This document shows, one piece after another, positions 1-12,482 of a stretch of 64,000 nt of DNA; within the stretch, counting starts at the first letter, position 1, and each line of letters begins with the position of its first letter. This stretch comes from Octopus bimaculoides. Lineage: Eukaryota. The position numbers were made by a program, and so were the translations under genes. The notes under the pieces are model-generated. The model saw only the letters and a list, made by a program, of their open reading frames with translations. It made no database searches and was not told the DNA's origin. The DNA is taken from positions 18,733,166 to 18,797,165 of the forward strand of contig NC_068985.1 of assembly GCF_001194135.2 (NCBI RefSeq), given 5' to 3'.

Positions 1-630
1 ATGGTGTATAAAAATAAATGCCAAATTAGTATGATTTGTTCATCTAAAAAAACTGTTCTACTTTCATCATTTTACTTGGTCCTTCCTATACAAGCTTCTG
101 TTTCAATAATGATAACAAACATAATCTGAACAACCACCAAGATTATTCTGTATGCACTACATATTTATCAACCTTACGATTGTCATTTATCCTCAACATA
201 ACCAGTAAATATTTATATATTTTTTTTTATTTTGTAGTATTTTTTGTGGTGGAGGTAGTGGTAGCAGTGGTGGTGGTGATGTGGGTGGTATTAAAATAGA
301 ATGAGTGGAACTTTATAATTAATTTAATTACTGTGGATTTTGACATGTACACATATGAAAAACAGGAATTTTAATGAAGAGAATGGAGAAGAAAAACTGA
401 AACTCTAATAATGATTCTGACACTAACTATTACAACAACCATAACAGTAAAATAGAAAACTGGAGGAGGATTCTGAATGCTGACTCATAAACTCACATTA
501 AAACATTGAAAAATAATATCTTGAAATAAAAAAAAAACTTCAGTGACTTGAGACAAAAATAAAATGGGAAAGCAACGATATAAATGAGTGATTAGTTTCA
601 ATGTAGAGAGTGTTTGTCAACATTACTTAC

Positions 631-681
631 CACTGCTGAACAAAGCATTAAATGGCCAGCTGTGTCTAGTTTGTAGTTCCG
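631..681 (-). CDS. DENND2: Probable DENND2-like exon (RNYKLDTAGHLMLCSAV)
   Basis: Acceptor gaactttctAG, donor GTAAGT, 51 nt, phase 0-0, open. Its length fits the linker between FP and the (I)PQFCFPD motif; the FCFPD exon itself is not in the window. Confidence 0.55.
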
Positions 682-2691
682 CTAGAAAGTTCAATATCAT
701 TCAAGTTATAGACCAAATCACTTTGCATAGAGTTAATCAAATACTCATCAAAACACAAACTTTGTAAACAATTTTTAGTTGTGCAGCAACAATTAAAATT
801 AAGCATTAATTAAGGATCAAACACATAATTAAGACATCAAGTTAAGATAAGATGGAAAGGTAATTAGTAAAGGAAATTTGCATGGGTTATTTTTCTCAGT
901 ATTATAAAATTATTTATTATTATTATCATTATTATTAATTACTTGTTACTGTTAATATGATTTAAAAACAGAAATGCAAAAAACAAAGAAGTATATAAAC
1001 ACATTCTGCAGTTATGCCAATTCAAACAACATGGTTCTTCTATAAGTATCCTTTGTGTTCAACATCCTAACAATGAAACCACAAGATATTTTGTTCCTAG
1101 TAATTCCTTATTGTATCCATGTCCCATTAAGTACACAGCACTAAACCAGAAATATGCATGTAAACATAAACCTAATAATGACTAGATAGCAAACAAATAT
1201 TGCTACAGTTAGTAGGGGTTTTAAACAAAACATAGAAATGATCTAACAATGTATTGTTTTGAGAGCAAATGATATATTTCATTAATACCAAGAATTTATG
1301 AAAATCTATTAGAATGAAGATATTGCAGACGGTCATACTGGTTCAGTTTGAGAATTTAGGAAATACTAGAGGAACCAAAATTTTATTGGTATAAACTCAT
1401 GGAATAGATGTAGTAAAATAAACAATTTTGTTTTTCTATATCAACCAATACAATTTTGTACATTTACCTAGTAATTCTGCCCTCACCACTTCAACAAGCA
1501 TGATGAAAGCTATGCTTATCTGATTAGGTCAGTACAAGACAGAAACATGTCAATTTCTAATACTGCCTTTTCCTCACCACATAATTATAACTTTTATCTT
1601 TTAGTCAGGAGGAAAGGTATCTCCCTTGATTCTGAAACTAGTGGGAGGGAAGGAGGAAACTACTCTCAAGCTGGATACCTGACTCAAAAGCTTGCAACAG
1701 AGTGGAATTCCGTTAAATCAACCAAGTTACTGGACGGTGGTGTTAATCCAGATGATGAATTAGGTCTATCACTCATATTAACTTTTTAATGCCTACAACA
1801 TACGTTAGCACTAACTTTATTATTCAACAAATTAGTTATCATTGAAGGTCTATTGAATGTACTTGATATTAAAAAATAAGTGAATAGCTTTCATCTACAT
1901 ACAATAAAGAAGAAAGATGGGCCATGGACTCACTTTTATCTAGCCTAAATAATACTAACCATCAATACTAACTGTTATTAATTTTATTCAATCTTTCTGT
2001 TAGAAATCAGTTGACAACAGAGGACAGAAATCTGGAGGATCTGAAGAGCTTCTTAAGATGATGTTAATGAGAATAGGTCACTAAACAGGTCACCAAGATA
2101 ACCTTAGCCAATTGGATAACATTTAAAAAACACAGCAAAAATAACCAGAAAATCAGTTCTGATAATATCCAATCTATTATGTCCAAATATGTCTAGAAGT
2201 TTATGATGAAGGCTGTAATTTTATTTCCTGTCTCAAATAGCACCAAAACTAGATTAGTGAAGAGGGAAAGAACTAAAAGTGACTGTTTATATCATAAATT
2301 GCTCCATCAATTTAGAAATGTTGATGGATCATTAATTTAAATAAGGAGCACAAAGTATAAAATACCATTGGTTTTTCAAAGTCTACCATCATTGACAAGA
2401 TTATCAATGAAATAGTGGAAAAGAAAGAAGATGAATGACTTAAAAAATTAAAAACATATCACACAAGTTGAAAATAATGGTTTCAAATTTTGGCACAAGA
2501 CCAGCAATTTTAGAAGAGGGGAGCAGTCAATTACATCGACTCAAGTGCTCTACTGGTACTTATTTTATCAACCCTGAAAGAATGAAAGGCAAAGTTAACC
2601 TCAACAGCATTTGAACTCAGAACATACAAACCAAAACAAACACTGCTAACCATTTTGTCTGACATGCTAAGAATTTTGCTAGCTTGTTGCC

Positions 2692-2919
2692 TTAACCTTT
2701 TAGCATTTAAACTAGCCATATCCAGCTAAAATATTCTAACTGTTCTATGTTCAAACTAGCCAGATCTGGCCTTCCACATCTACTCTGCAATGTCGTTCTA
2801 AAATTAAACAATGATATCATCAAAATCTCAAAGCTAAAATATAATCCATGATTAATTCAAAACAATGTGAATGAATAAGCATTAGAGTTGACGGAGTAAT
2901 CTGAATGCCAAAGGGTTAA
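2692..2919. mobile_element. TTAA-flanked (piggyBac-type) MITE
   Basis: TTAA-CCTTTTAGCATT...AATGCCAAAGGG-TTAA; an inverted copy lies at 12258-12482. Confidence 0.7.
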
Positions 2920-3345
2920 AACAAGTTGAAAATAATGAAGTAAGTGGTAAATAATGAACCAATTTATAACAGCACACATCCAACTAGCCTCAAAAGTAAC
3001 AATTACCATTAAAAATTTTAATCTACAAATTTCTTTTACCTCATTATAATCTAAAATATACAGGGAACCAACTTTTGTTAGAATTACGATATTAACTAGA
3101 CAAAACATTGTGTCAACAAACAAACATGAACAATTAAAATTTCGCCAATGAAATTTGGAAATATTTCTTTAAGTTTATATGCTTCTTTTAGATTGTTCAT
3201 CAAAACAAGCTTATTCAAAGAATAGCTTTCTAAAATGGACAAATACTTTTGTAAGTAGATGATAATCTATGGGCTATTATAGCAGCATTAGTATCTAGTA
3301 ATAAAAAGAAAGCAAAATATGAAATGTGTAGATATATATACTTAC

Positions 3346-3486
3346 TATTTCAGGAAACTTATAGATGACATATGGTTCATAGTTCAATTTTTCTGTATTC
3401 AGTCGGAGACCAACACAAATAACATACTCAAATAACTGAGGATAGATTTTGTCAAGGACTCGTAAAGACTTTTTGACTTTTTCACT
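3346..3486 (-). CDS. DENND2: DENND2-like exon, start of uDENN domain (QLFEYVICVGLRLNTEKLNYEPYVIYKFPEI)
   Basis: Acceptor tatttatttaacAG, donor GTAAGT, 141 nt, phase 0-0. LFEY...V...Y.P.V.Y.FP matches the recalled uDENN start of DENND2 proteins (LFEYFVVVSL...YLPEVSYQFP). Confidence 0.9.
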
Positions 3487-3804
3487 CTGTTAAATAAATA
3501 TACAGGCAGTAAAGAAGTATATATATATGTTTTTCAATGTGTTGTCTTGGTGATTCATAATTAATGAAACAAAGACAACTGCAATAAGAAAACAAAACAT
3601 GTAACAAATACTAATAATGATTGTCTAAACTAACATTGCAAAAGTTAAAATATTCTGAAAAGAAATTACAACTTATAAAAAGCAAGTCAATAATAACTTA
3701 GTTTCTTGTGGAAACTTAACTAGAAGGTAAAATGTATTTAATATTTTCTTCTGATAAATTGAGAGAAGAGAGTTTAGCTGATTCCATACAGCCCTTTCTG
3801 TTAT

Positions 3805-4560
3805 TCATCATCAACATCATTTAACTCCATGTTCTATGCTGGCATGGATTGGATGTTAGGACAGGATCTGATGGGTCCAAGGACTGTGCCAAGCTTCCCT
3901 GTCTGTTTTGGCATGGTTTCAACAGCTGGACGCCCTTCTTAATGACATCTTTACAGTATGTGCCAGGTACTATTTGGTGGGGAGGGGGGGGGCACCAGCA
4001 CTAGTGAAGTCAGTATGCAGCTTGCTAGACTATGAACCCCAAGAAGGGCAACTTTATGCTAGGAGATGAGGAGTAGAAAGGAGTAAAGTATGAGAGAAAA
4101 AGGTTGCAGTGGAACAGGTTTCTTGCTGTAGAGGAGCTACAGGACTACTCACATTTTAGAAGAGAGGGTGGGAGTGACTGGATGGAGCTGGGATAAAAAT
4201 AGTGGTGTTGAAGTAGCAAGGTGGACATTCAAGGCACGAGGTGGATAGGAATGAGTGAGCCGAAGGGGTCAAGAGTGAGTGGTGGTGTAAGAGATATCTG
4301 ATAGTGCAGAAAGGCAGAATAACAATGATGATACAGTAAACAGGAGAAAAGAAATGAGGTGTTCTTGGGTAGGTTGCAGGAATGGATGGAGAAGAGAGAA
4401 GTAGGCATAGTAAATGAGGAGAGTGAGATACAGGGAGGCAGGGTAGGAGAGATGATTAAGTGGCACAGTGGTAAGAGGGGGGGTGATCAATAAAAGTATG
4501 GATGGAGAGAACAGCAATAATAGATGAAGGATGGCTAACAAGTGAAATGATTCTGGAAAG
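3805..4560 (-). mobile_element. RTE-type 3' end (tail plus purine-rich body)
   Basis: (CAT)n followed by the shared ccatg.tggcatgg.ttgga tail motif and a degenerate LINE-like body. Confidence 0.5.
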
Positions 4561-5220
4561 TAGGAAAAGTGCTATCAAGGAAGAACTGCAGAAAAGATAA
4601 AATTTAACTGCTGCAGAGACAAAAAAGATTACTGTGCTCTACAATTTCAACCAGTTCCCAGCCCTTTCAATAGAATATAATACTGTTAATGTCTACAATA
4701 ATATCAATATTGATTTCTTACACAGGCACATGGCCTCAAATTTAGAGGAGTTGGAGGGGGTCGATAGATTATATTGACCCAGAACTTGACTAGAACTTTA
4801 TTTTATCGACCCTGGAAAGATGAAATACAAAGCTAAGTACAACACAATACAGAAATATTGATATAATGGTCTCTAAACTGGCACATGTCCAGAATTTTGT
4901 AGATCAGAGATTGCTGTTGATTAAATCAAAACCACTCTAACTCTCATCATCATCACTGTTTTAGCATCCACTCTTCCATGTTTGCAAAGGTCAAGCAGAA
5001 TTCTTTGAGGAAGATTTTCTACAGCTGGATGTTCTTGCTGTTGCCAACCTTCAACTGTTTTCAAGCAAGGCAATACATTTCTATGGCCAAGCATTAGACT
5101 TGAAGGACACTGCTTGTATAACGATGATGACACTCATTTACAACATTTGCATTATGTCAAGACAAGGCGATACTAACACATGTGCATGCACATGCACACA
5201 TACACAAGCCTTTTTCAGTT

Positions 5221-5462
5221 TCTTATTTCTTATTTCTTTATTGCCCACAAGGGGCTAAACATAGAGGGGACAAACAAGGACAGACAAAGGGATTAAGCCG
5301 ACTAAATCGACCCCAGTGCGTAACTGGTACTTAATTTATCGACCCCGAAAGGATGAAAGGTAAAGTCGACCTCAACGGAATTTGAACTCAGAATGTAAAG
5401 ACAGATGAAATACCATTAAGCATTTCGCCTGGCATGCTAACGTTTCTGCCAGCTCGACGCCT
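5221..5462 (-). mobile_element. tRNA-headed SINE family A, young copy
   Basis: Head ggcg.cgagctggcagaaacgttagc, B-box-like gagttcaaattcc, core gcctttcatcctttcggggtcgataaattaagtaccag. Older copies at about 2480, 17820, 26100, 32710, 36942, 38035, 40845 and 63835. Confidence 0.8.
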
Positions 5463-5904
5463 TTCAGCTTCTGCCAACTAAATCCATTGGTCTATGGCTT
5501 TAGTAGAAACAAACTTCTCAGCCATACCTATTAGCAACATTCCTTCAGACTCTATGTTCTGAGTTCAAATTCTGCTGAAGTCATCTTTGCCTTTCATCCT
5601 TTCAGGTCAGGGTTGATAAAATATAATACCAGTCAAGTACTGAGATCAATGTAATCAACTGTCCCACTACCCAAAATTGCAGGTATTGTGCCAAACTTAG
5701 AAATCATAATAATAATAATGATTTCTTTTATTGACCACAAAGGCCCAAACATGGAGGACAATATCGAAGGACAAGTCACAGCACACAAAAACATGGGTTA
5801 CCATCAATCAAGGGGAGATACTACCACATTAAAGGATACAACAGAGGATATATAATAAAAAGTAAAGAAATAAATAATAAATAAATAAATAGAATCTCCA
5901 ATAG

Positions 5905-7050
5905 TGGGGCAGTACACTTAGTGAGTGCCTGGCAACATTCTAGATGCCAAATGCCCAACCTTGGTCTATGTTTGACTCATGACTGCAGCTCTGTCAATGA
6001 GATGAGCTGTAGAAAGACATGTTGCACAAAAGACACCCACACCAGTTCACCCTTATTTTCATTGTCATCATCATCCACTTCCTCACAGTGATTTAGATAT
6101 TTCTGTAGGTGCAACAGCCTCAAAGTGTGGCTCTGCATCATTAAGGACGGTATTCCAAGACCACTATGGTGTGGGTATTGACAGGAGATGGATTTTCTGA
6201 CCAGTGGAACCTGACCCTTCCATAAGAATCAGAATAGCAAGCGCTCCAATCTGGTCAGAGTTTTCATAGGTCAAGGTACGATGGCTAGACGGTAGTACAC
6301 TACTGAGGCAATATATGCATTTGCTACTTCTGCCCAGGCTTTCAGATACAGATTCCTTTCTGACCATTTCTGGGTGAGCTTGGCCGCTCTAGTCATGACC
6401 TCTTCTCAGTTCCTATCTACCTGGAGATCTGGTCCAAACCAGACTCCAAGCATTTTCACCAGACCCTCCATCCAGTTACAGAAATCACAGATAGTCGACT
6501 TGCCTTGTCCTAGTTTAGGAGTGCTCTTGTGCATTCCTGATATTCTTTCAGTATAGTGTCGATGATTTTTTCTATGTCCAAAGAGTCCAACACCACGACA
6601 GTGACTTCCAGAGCAACCAAAACCTGAAACTCCCTGGATATTCCTGTTCTGTTTTGTTGGGGCTTAATCGTAAGCTTATCACCTTCCCGTGCTCCTCTAG
6701 CATGGCCATTACTCTGGAGTTTTGTCTGAGACTCTGACTTTGGTCACACGGACATCCCAGGTATAAAGGGAGCATCACATACTAGTCAGAGGGGCAGGTC
6801 ATTTTAACCATCCTACATGCTTCCTCTTCATTGCTACAGATAGCTATCATGATCTCATATTGTTTTCCTTGATAGACATAAACTACAGAAGGCCACACCT
6901 CCTCCAGGCATTTTTCTATTTCAGCTGGAAAAGAGTATAGAAGCTTACTCTCTCTGCACTTAATACACTTATAAATTATCATTCTCTTTTTAGTGGAAAT
7001 CCTTTCCTCTTCAGGAAGAGCCATGACACTGGGTCAAATGATATCTTTCT
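5905..7050 (-). mobile_element. Tx1/L1-clade LINE relic
   Basis: DIEKIIDTILKEYQECTRALLN*DK; MLGVWFGPDLQVDRN*EEV...KWSERNLYLKAWAEVANAYIASVVYYRL...LERLLF*FLWKG...SGLGIP; WVSFVQHVFLQL...WHLECCQAL. Confidence 0.8.
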
Positions 7051-7179
7051 GATATTTTTAACTGCTTCCACTTTCCCTTACAAGGAATGAGTGTTCTATG
7101 TATTTATTATATTTGTGGAGGAAATTTTTTCCTTCGGATGTGTATTCTCGTCATTGTCTCCATAAATAGCATTGCTGTT

Positions 7180-7360
7180 GATACTATTGTAGAAGTCAGC
7201 GCTTTTATTGATGCTGTTACTACTGCTGATAGTTATTATATTATTCTTGTTGTTGTTGCTGTTACTACTATTATTGCTGTTGGTGTTGTTCTTGCTGATG
7301 TCATTAGTGCTGTTGTTGTTGGAGTTGCTGTGGGTCATGCTGGTGTTAGTGGTCTTGTTT
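7180..7360. repeat. Degenerate trinucleotide (GTT/GCT/ATT) low-complexity tract
   Basis: Direct reading; explains the spurious poly-V/L/N ORFs. Confidence 0.85.
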
Positions 7361-7362
7361 TG

Positions 7363-7790
7363 TGTTGTATCGCCAATATGTATGACGATACCTTTTTTTT
7401 ACACTATAACCGTGTAGTAACAACAAAATATATAACAAAGCAGGGTAACAACAACGTAACAATCCAACAAACTCTCTACAAATTATACCCGAACAAATAA
7501 ACTATCAAAACCACACCTGACAACTACCTGCAATTAATGCCTACTCTTCCCCTACCTCACTCAGACTGCTACTATTTATAGTTGTTCAGCCAGTCTATTC
7601 TCGCAGGGGGTGACGTGACTCTTGCCACAACATCTCCCCTTTTGAGATTTCGACTTCCATAGGAAACGAAATTTATTTTGTTTTATTTTTTTCCAAAACT
7701 CTCCCTTTTTGAGATTTTTGATTCCCTAAGGAGTTCAATACCTTTTTTGTTTAGGAATTATTTGTGCTAATGACAAATAATAAATCCTAC
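7363..7790 (-). mobile_element. LTR (7363-7632) with adjacent polypurine tract; LTR-retrotransposon 3' relic
   Basis: 270 bp bounded by TGTTG...CAACA, internal TATAAATA on the minus strand, PPT AAAAGGGGAGA abutting the 5' TG, and a second PPT-like copy near 7700. Confidence 0.6.
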
Positions 7791-7821
7791 CAGGAATAAG
7801 ACCAAACCTGAGCCAAACCAA

Positions 7822-7876
<55 letters not shown>

Positions 7877-8070
7877 AAAATACATCTGAATATTTAATAA
7901 TATTGAATTAACTACCTATATTTTTTTTCTGCAAAATTCAGACATCCTAAACTGTTCTAGTCACAAAAGATAATTTATATTGGTCTCTACAAATATAAAC
8001 AAAACACAACTATAAATACTCCTTTTAGTACAACATGGTTTGTAAACACCTGCTTATTGGTGTTACTTAC

Positions 8071-8144
8071 CGTTTTAGATTTGATAGTGCTACAATATTC
8101 TACTCTCTTCTTTATTTCTGATTCATCAACCAAACTGTCAGCAT
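8071..8144 (-). CDS. DENND2: DENND2-like coding exon (DADSLVDESEIKKRVEYCSTIKSKT)
   Basis: Acceptor ctgttttcttgctatAG, donor GTAAGT, 74 nt, phase 1-0. The acidic-then-basic segment sits where DENND2 proteins have a similar one, just before uDENN. Confidence 0.85.
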
Positions 8145-8929
8145 CTATAGCAAGAAAACAGAAAGCAGTAAGTATAATATTGATGCCATTTATTTGTGTA
8201 ACATAGCACAAGGCTGGTTTGTTCTTTATCTTATCTAAAGAATGAAAAATATTGCAGACTTGAGAAACAAAATGAAATAGTGCCATTTCAATATATACTA
8301 TGGAAATACAACAGCTTTAAAATAATTTCTTTTTGGTAAATGTTGATTCTCCTGAAGAAATAAAGAAAAAGCACTCTAAACTAATAGACTGCCAAATTAA
8401 TAGATTTGAGATTTAACTGAACAAGTAATAATGATAATACAATATTTTCATATACAATATTTATTCAAAAACATTAAAGATCATGAGAATGAAGTGAAAT
8501 AAAGATATAAACCTTTGAAGAGAAAGAGAGGAGGAAAGAAATTAAACTGTTCTGAAGAATAATAAGGAAGAAGAAAACAAAGCATGAAAAGGCAATAAAT
8601 AGGAAAGAGAAATAGAGAAAATAAGAAATACTACTGGGGGCCAACAAGCAAGATAAACATTGACTAAGGTAAAAGATAGGAAAAGGCTGTGTATTTGTAG
8701 GATTGAAATTTTGGGAGTGAGAAGATGTGAGAAACCCTAGCTTACATTCAATTTAATGGTATTTCAGCATTAACAGACATATCTCCCTCCTATTAGTCTG
8801 TTAACTTGAGGGTTTACAGCTTTTATATTTCATTGCTCAAAGTAATCAATAATAAGGCTACACATGGACATATGCACACAAGTATGCATATACACAAACA
8901 CATCGGACATGACTGCTTGAAAGACTGCC

Positions 8930-10490
8930 AAGAAAAAGCATTATAATTGTACTCATCACTTTTCTAGAAGTTTCCAATCTGGTGAAATCAATGTAGTTGC
9001 TGTTGTATTTAAACTTTTGTAGATCAATGACTAGTAGTGAAAAATGTGAGCTAAGAAAGAATTCAAGAAGACCAGAGCAATTCAGGTAGTGGAAATACAA
9101 GGCAGAATGTAGGGTTTGGAGTAAGGGATTCGAACACAACAGAGCTGACAAGATGATTAGAAGTGGATAAATCAAGTGGTCTAAAACAGGGGATGGCATG
9201 TAGGTTTGTTAGTTCAAAGGAGAAGATGTAGTAATAAGAATAAAGAGAGCAGAAACATCATATATGTGAGTGAGCCAGTGGTTGTAGTCTGTTGGTGAGA
9301 GTCTTTGCCAAATCAGTTAAATTACTAAATAAAGCAGTCTTGGATGCTTGTATGTGCAGCACTTCTCAAGTGTGACATACAACATTGCATGTTTTCATAA
9401 ATTGGGACAAATAGATACACAGAAAGGAAAAAAATTGAAGAATTTGGTGAAAATAACAACTGACTCTGGCACATTATATGAGAGTAATGGAAGGAATATC
9501 AGGAATAGTTGTCTTTTTAGACTGGAATAAACAAAACATTTTTTTGTGTATAAGACAGCTTGACAGCTATGAGTATGTAGTTTGGAAAAATGTGAGGTAG
9601 GTTAGTAAGTTTGGGAGAAGTTCTGTTGTATATATACAGTATGTAACTTCAAGCAATTCAGGCAGTAAATACTTTATTTGTAGGAGTGCTTCTTACAGAG
9701 CCATCTGGATTAAGAAATAGTAAGTAGAAAGATTCTGCAAATCATGTAGAGACCCTTATGGCAACTGATGTGAAAACCTGGGTGAAAGTTAGCATGCACA
9801 AAAACAATCATTGCTCTCTAGATGGTCATATTGCAGGCATTGCTGTAGTGGACAAACACCTCCAGCTATTCTCAGCAGCAATGTTCGGTTGTATAAAAAT
9901 TGTGGACAAACATGCCTAGAAATATGGCTTCTTTAGCTGTTTCAGACTGATCTAGGGTAAAGGACATTAACTGCCAATGCATAGAACTAGCAGAGCTTCA
10001 ACAATTTAGGCAGAATTGTTGAACAGTAAGAGTATGTGAGGCAAACTAGCTTCATTAGTATGTTTGGAGAGTAGGTGTGACAGTCAAATGGGTAAGGAAG
10101 AATATTAACTGGTGTAGACAATTCAGAGANNNNNNNNNNNNNNNNNNNNNNNNNNNNNNNNNNNNNNNNNNNNNNNNNNNNNNNNNNNNNNNNNNNNNNN
10201 NNNNNNNNNNNNNNNNNNNNNNNNNNNNNNNNNNNNNNNNNNNNNNNNNNNNNNNNNNNNNNNTGGTGTTAGAGACAATCAAGAGGAATTATATGCAATG
10301 AAATTGAAGTCATTTTGGATAATGACTTCAGAGATGGTTGAAGCAGTTGTCCTCAATGTAGGGTGAGAGACTGGCAAACATCTGGTGATTTGGGGGAATT
10401 CAAAAAGTGACAAAGATAACAGATGAACTTACAGTAAAGGGGAAGAGAGTGTTTGTAGCAGAGTAAATAGAAGTCTTTGTTGCTGATGTT
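8930..10490 (-). mobile_element. CR1-like LINE RT relic (spans a gap)
   Basis: Degenerate RT-like segments and the typical C-terminal LQPLAH...SALYFHYLNCSG region; many stops. Confidence 0.6.
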
Positions 10491-10755
10491 CAGTGGAGAG
10501 AGAGAGAGAATGGAATCTTACATTGGAACAGACATCATCTTTCAGAAAGAAGTTGGAATATAGCCTGGATAGAAGAGAGAGCTTAGAGATAATGCATGAA
10601 AGACTTGTCTCTCAATTGGAGATGGTTCAAAGGATCAAAACTGAACTGAAAACTATGAACATTCATGTAGTCAACAACGGAATGTGTTAAGGATGAATAA
10701 CACACACACACACAATTTATGTTAATGAGAAAGAGCAAAATTTGTCTGAATTTAC

Positions 10756-10858
10756 CTGAATCATTTTCGGATAAAGGTCTTTCAGACTGAGAAGTTTCAG
10801 TTGGTTGTTTCACGTTTCTGTGCATAACAGCATAAGACTGGTTTATTTTATGCCTCAC
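10756..10858 (-). CDS. DENND2: DENND2-like coding exon (VRHKINQSYAVMHRNVKQ...SENDS)
   Basis: Acceptor cttcattctctAG, donor GTAAAT, 103 nt, phase 0-1; phase matches both neighbouring exons. Confidence 0.8.
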
Positions 10859-12257
10859 CTAGAGAATGAAGAGGACTTCTGATTAATAAAAACAAATTAA
10901 AACAATGCTAGTTCATTAGTGGGATAGTGATTAAAACAGGTCCTTTTTTTTTTTTTTTTTTTTTNNNNNNNNNNNNNNNNNNNNNNNNNNNNNNNNNNNN
11001 NNNNNNNNNNNNNNNNNNNNNNNNNNNNNNNNNNNNNNNNNNNNNNNNNNNNNNNNNNNNNNNNNNNNNNNNNNNNNNNNNNNNNNNNNNNNNNNNNNNN
11101 NNNNNNNNNNNNNNNNNNNNNNNNNNNNNNNNNNNNNNNNNNNNNNNNNNNNNNNNNNNNNNNNNNNNNNNNNNNNNNNNNNNNNNNNNNNNNNNNNNNN
11201 NNNNNNNNNNNNNNNNNNNNNNNNNNNNNNNNNNGGGGGGCTTCCTTAAAACAGAAAGGTTTAGTTTGAGGGAGATTAAGCAGCTCTTTCTTGAAGATTG
11301 AATTACCACAGAGAGGCTCGCTAGTTAACTTTAACAATGGTTTAAAATTTTGGCACAAAGCCAGCAGTTTCAAAGGGTGGAGGCAGGTTAGTTGATTACA
11401 TAGATCCCCAGTATTCAACTGGTACATAAAAGGTAATGTTGTCCTCAGCAGAATTTAAACTGAAAATGTAAAGAGCTGGAAGAGTAGCTGCTAAGTATTT
11501 TGCCTGATGCATTATTACCAAGGCCATCAACTTGCAACATGACACCGACAAACCAAACTGCATGCATATCAAATGCCAAAATGAGTAAGAGGTCACAGTA
11601 GAATGGTATGTAAGGTAGTTGCAGGTACAAGCCAACATGCAGCCAACCGTGTGTGTAGATCTTGCCAATAGTAGAAAATATTCAAACAAGATCTTCGAAA
11701 CACAGAAAGGTTCAGTGCCAATAGCAGTTGAGCACAGGCCAGTCAGTGTTACAAAGAGGGTGAAAACTTGCATGAAAGGTTCCAGATCTATTGTTCTTTT
11801 TGTTATTGTAATTGTTTCCATATAGAAGTAGCTGTATATATCTCAAAAAACATCAAATCTATGGAAACTTAGAAACATAATCCATTAGTAGCCTACACAG
11901 ATGAAATTAAGTTTGGCACACACCACAAATGTTTGAGGTGATGATATATAAGCTTGCAGAACAATAGTGTAATATAGAAGAATTTAAATCTTTTCAAGCA
12001 GCAACTTATCCTTTGATAAAGTTCATAGAAAAATATTCCTATAGAAGTTCTTTAAGAGGCCTTTGAAGCAAGATATCAAAAAGTTATCTTTCCATTGCTG
12101 GGTCCTCTACTTCAGGCCCATAAAACAAATGAAATACTGATTTGCTAGCATATAAAAAAATGCACTCACATAAAATACATCCTTATTTTACAAGTATATT
12201 TTGTGGAAGGGGGGAGGGATGTTAGTGTGTTTCAGCATGCATTTATTGAAAGATATT

Positions 12258-12482
12258 TCAATCCTTTAGCATTCAGTTTACTTTGTCAAATGTAATACTT
12301 ATTCACATTGTTTTGAATAAACCATGCACTCTTTCTTACCTTTCAGATTTTGATGATGTAATTGTTTATTTTTTGTGATGATATTGTAGGGTAGGTGTGA
12401 GAGGCTGGATCTGGCCGATTTAAACATGAAACTGGTTGAATATTAGGGCTTGGTATGGCCAACTTAAATACTAATGGGTTAA
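12258..12482. mobile_element. TTAA-type MITE, second copy
   Basis: Reverse-complement similarity to 2692-2919; right end GGG-TTAA. Confidence 0.6.

Noticed and set aside
1547-1789. 80-aa plus-strand ORF
   Set aside because: Intronic, antisense, without splice support; probably a decayed retroelement piece that I cannot assign.
7087-7500. Poly-V, poly-L and poly-N ORFs on both strands
   Set aside because: Trinucleotide low-complexity tract running into an LTR.
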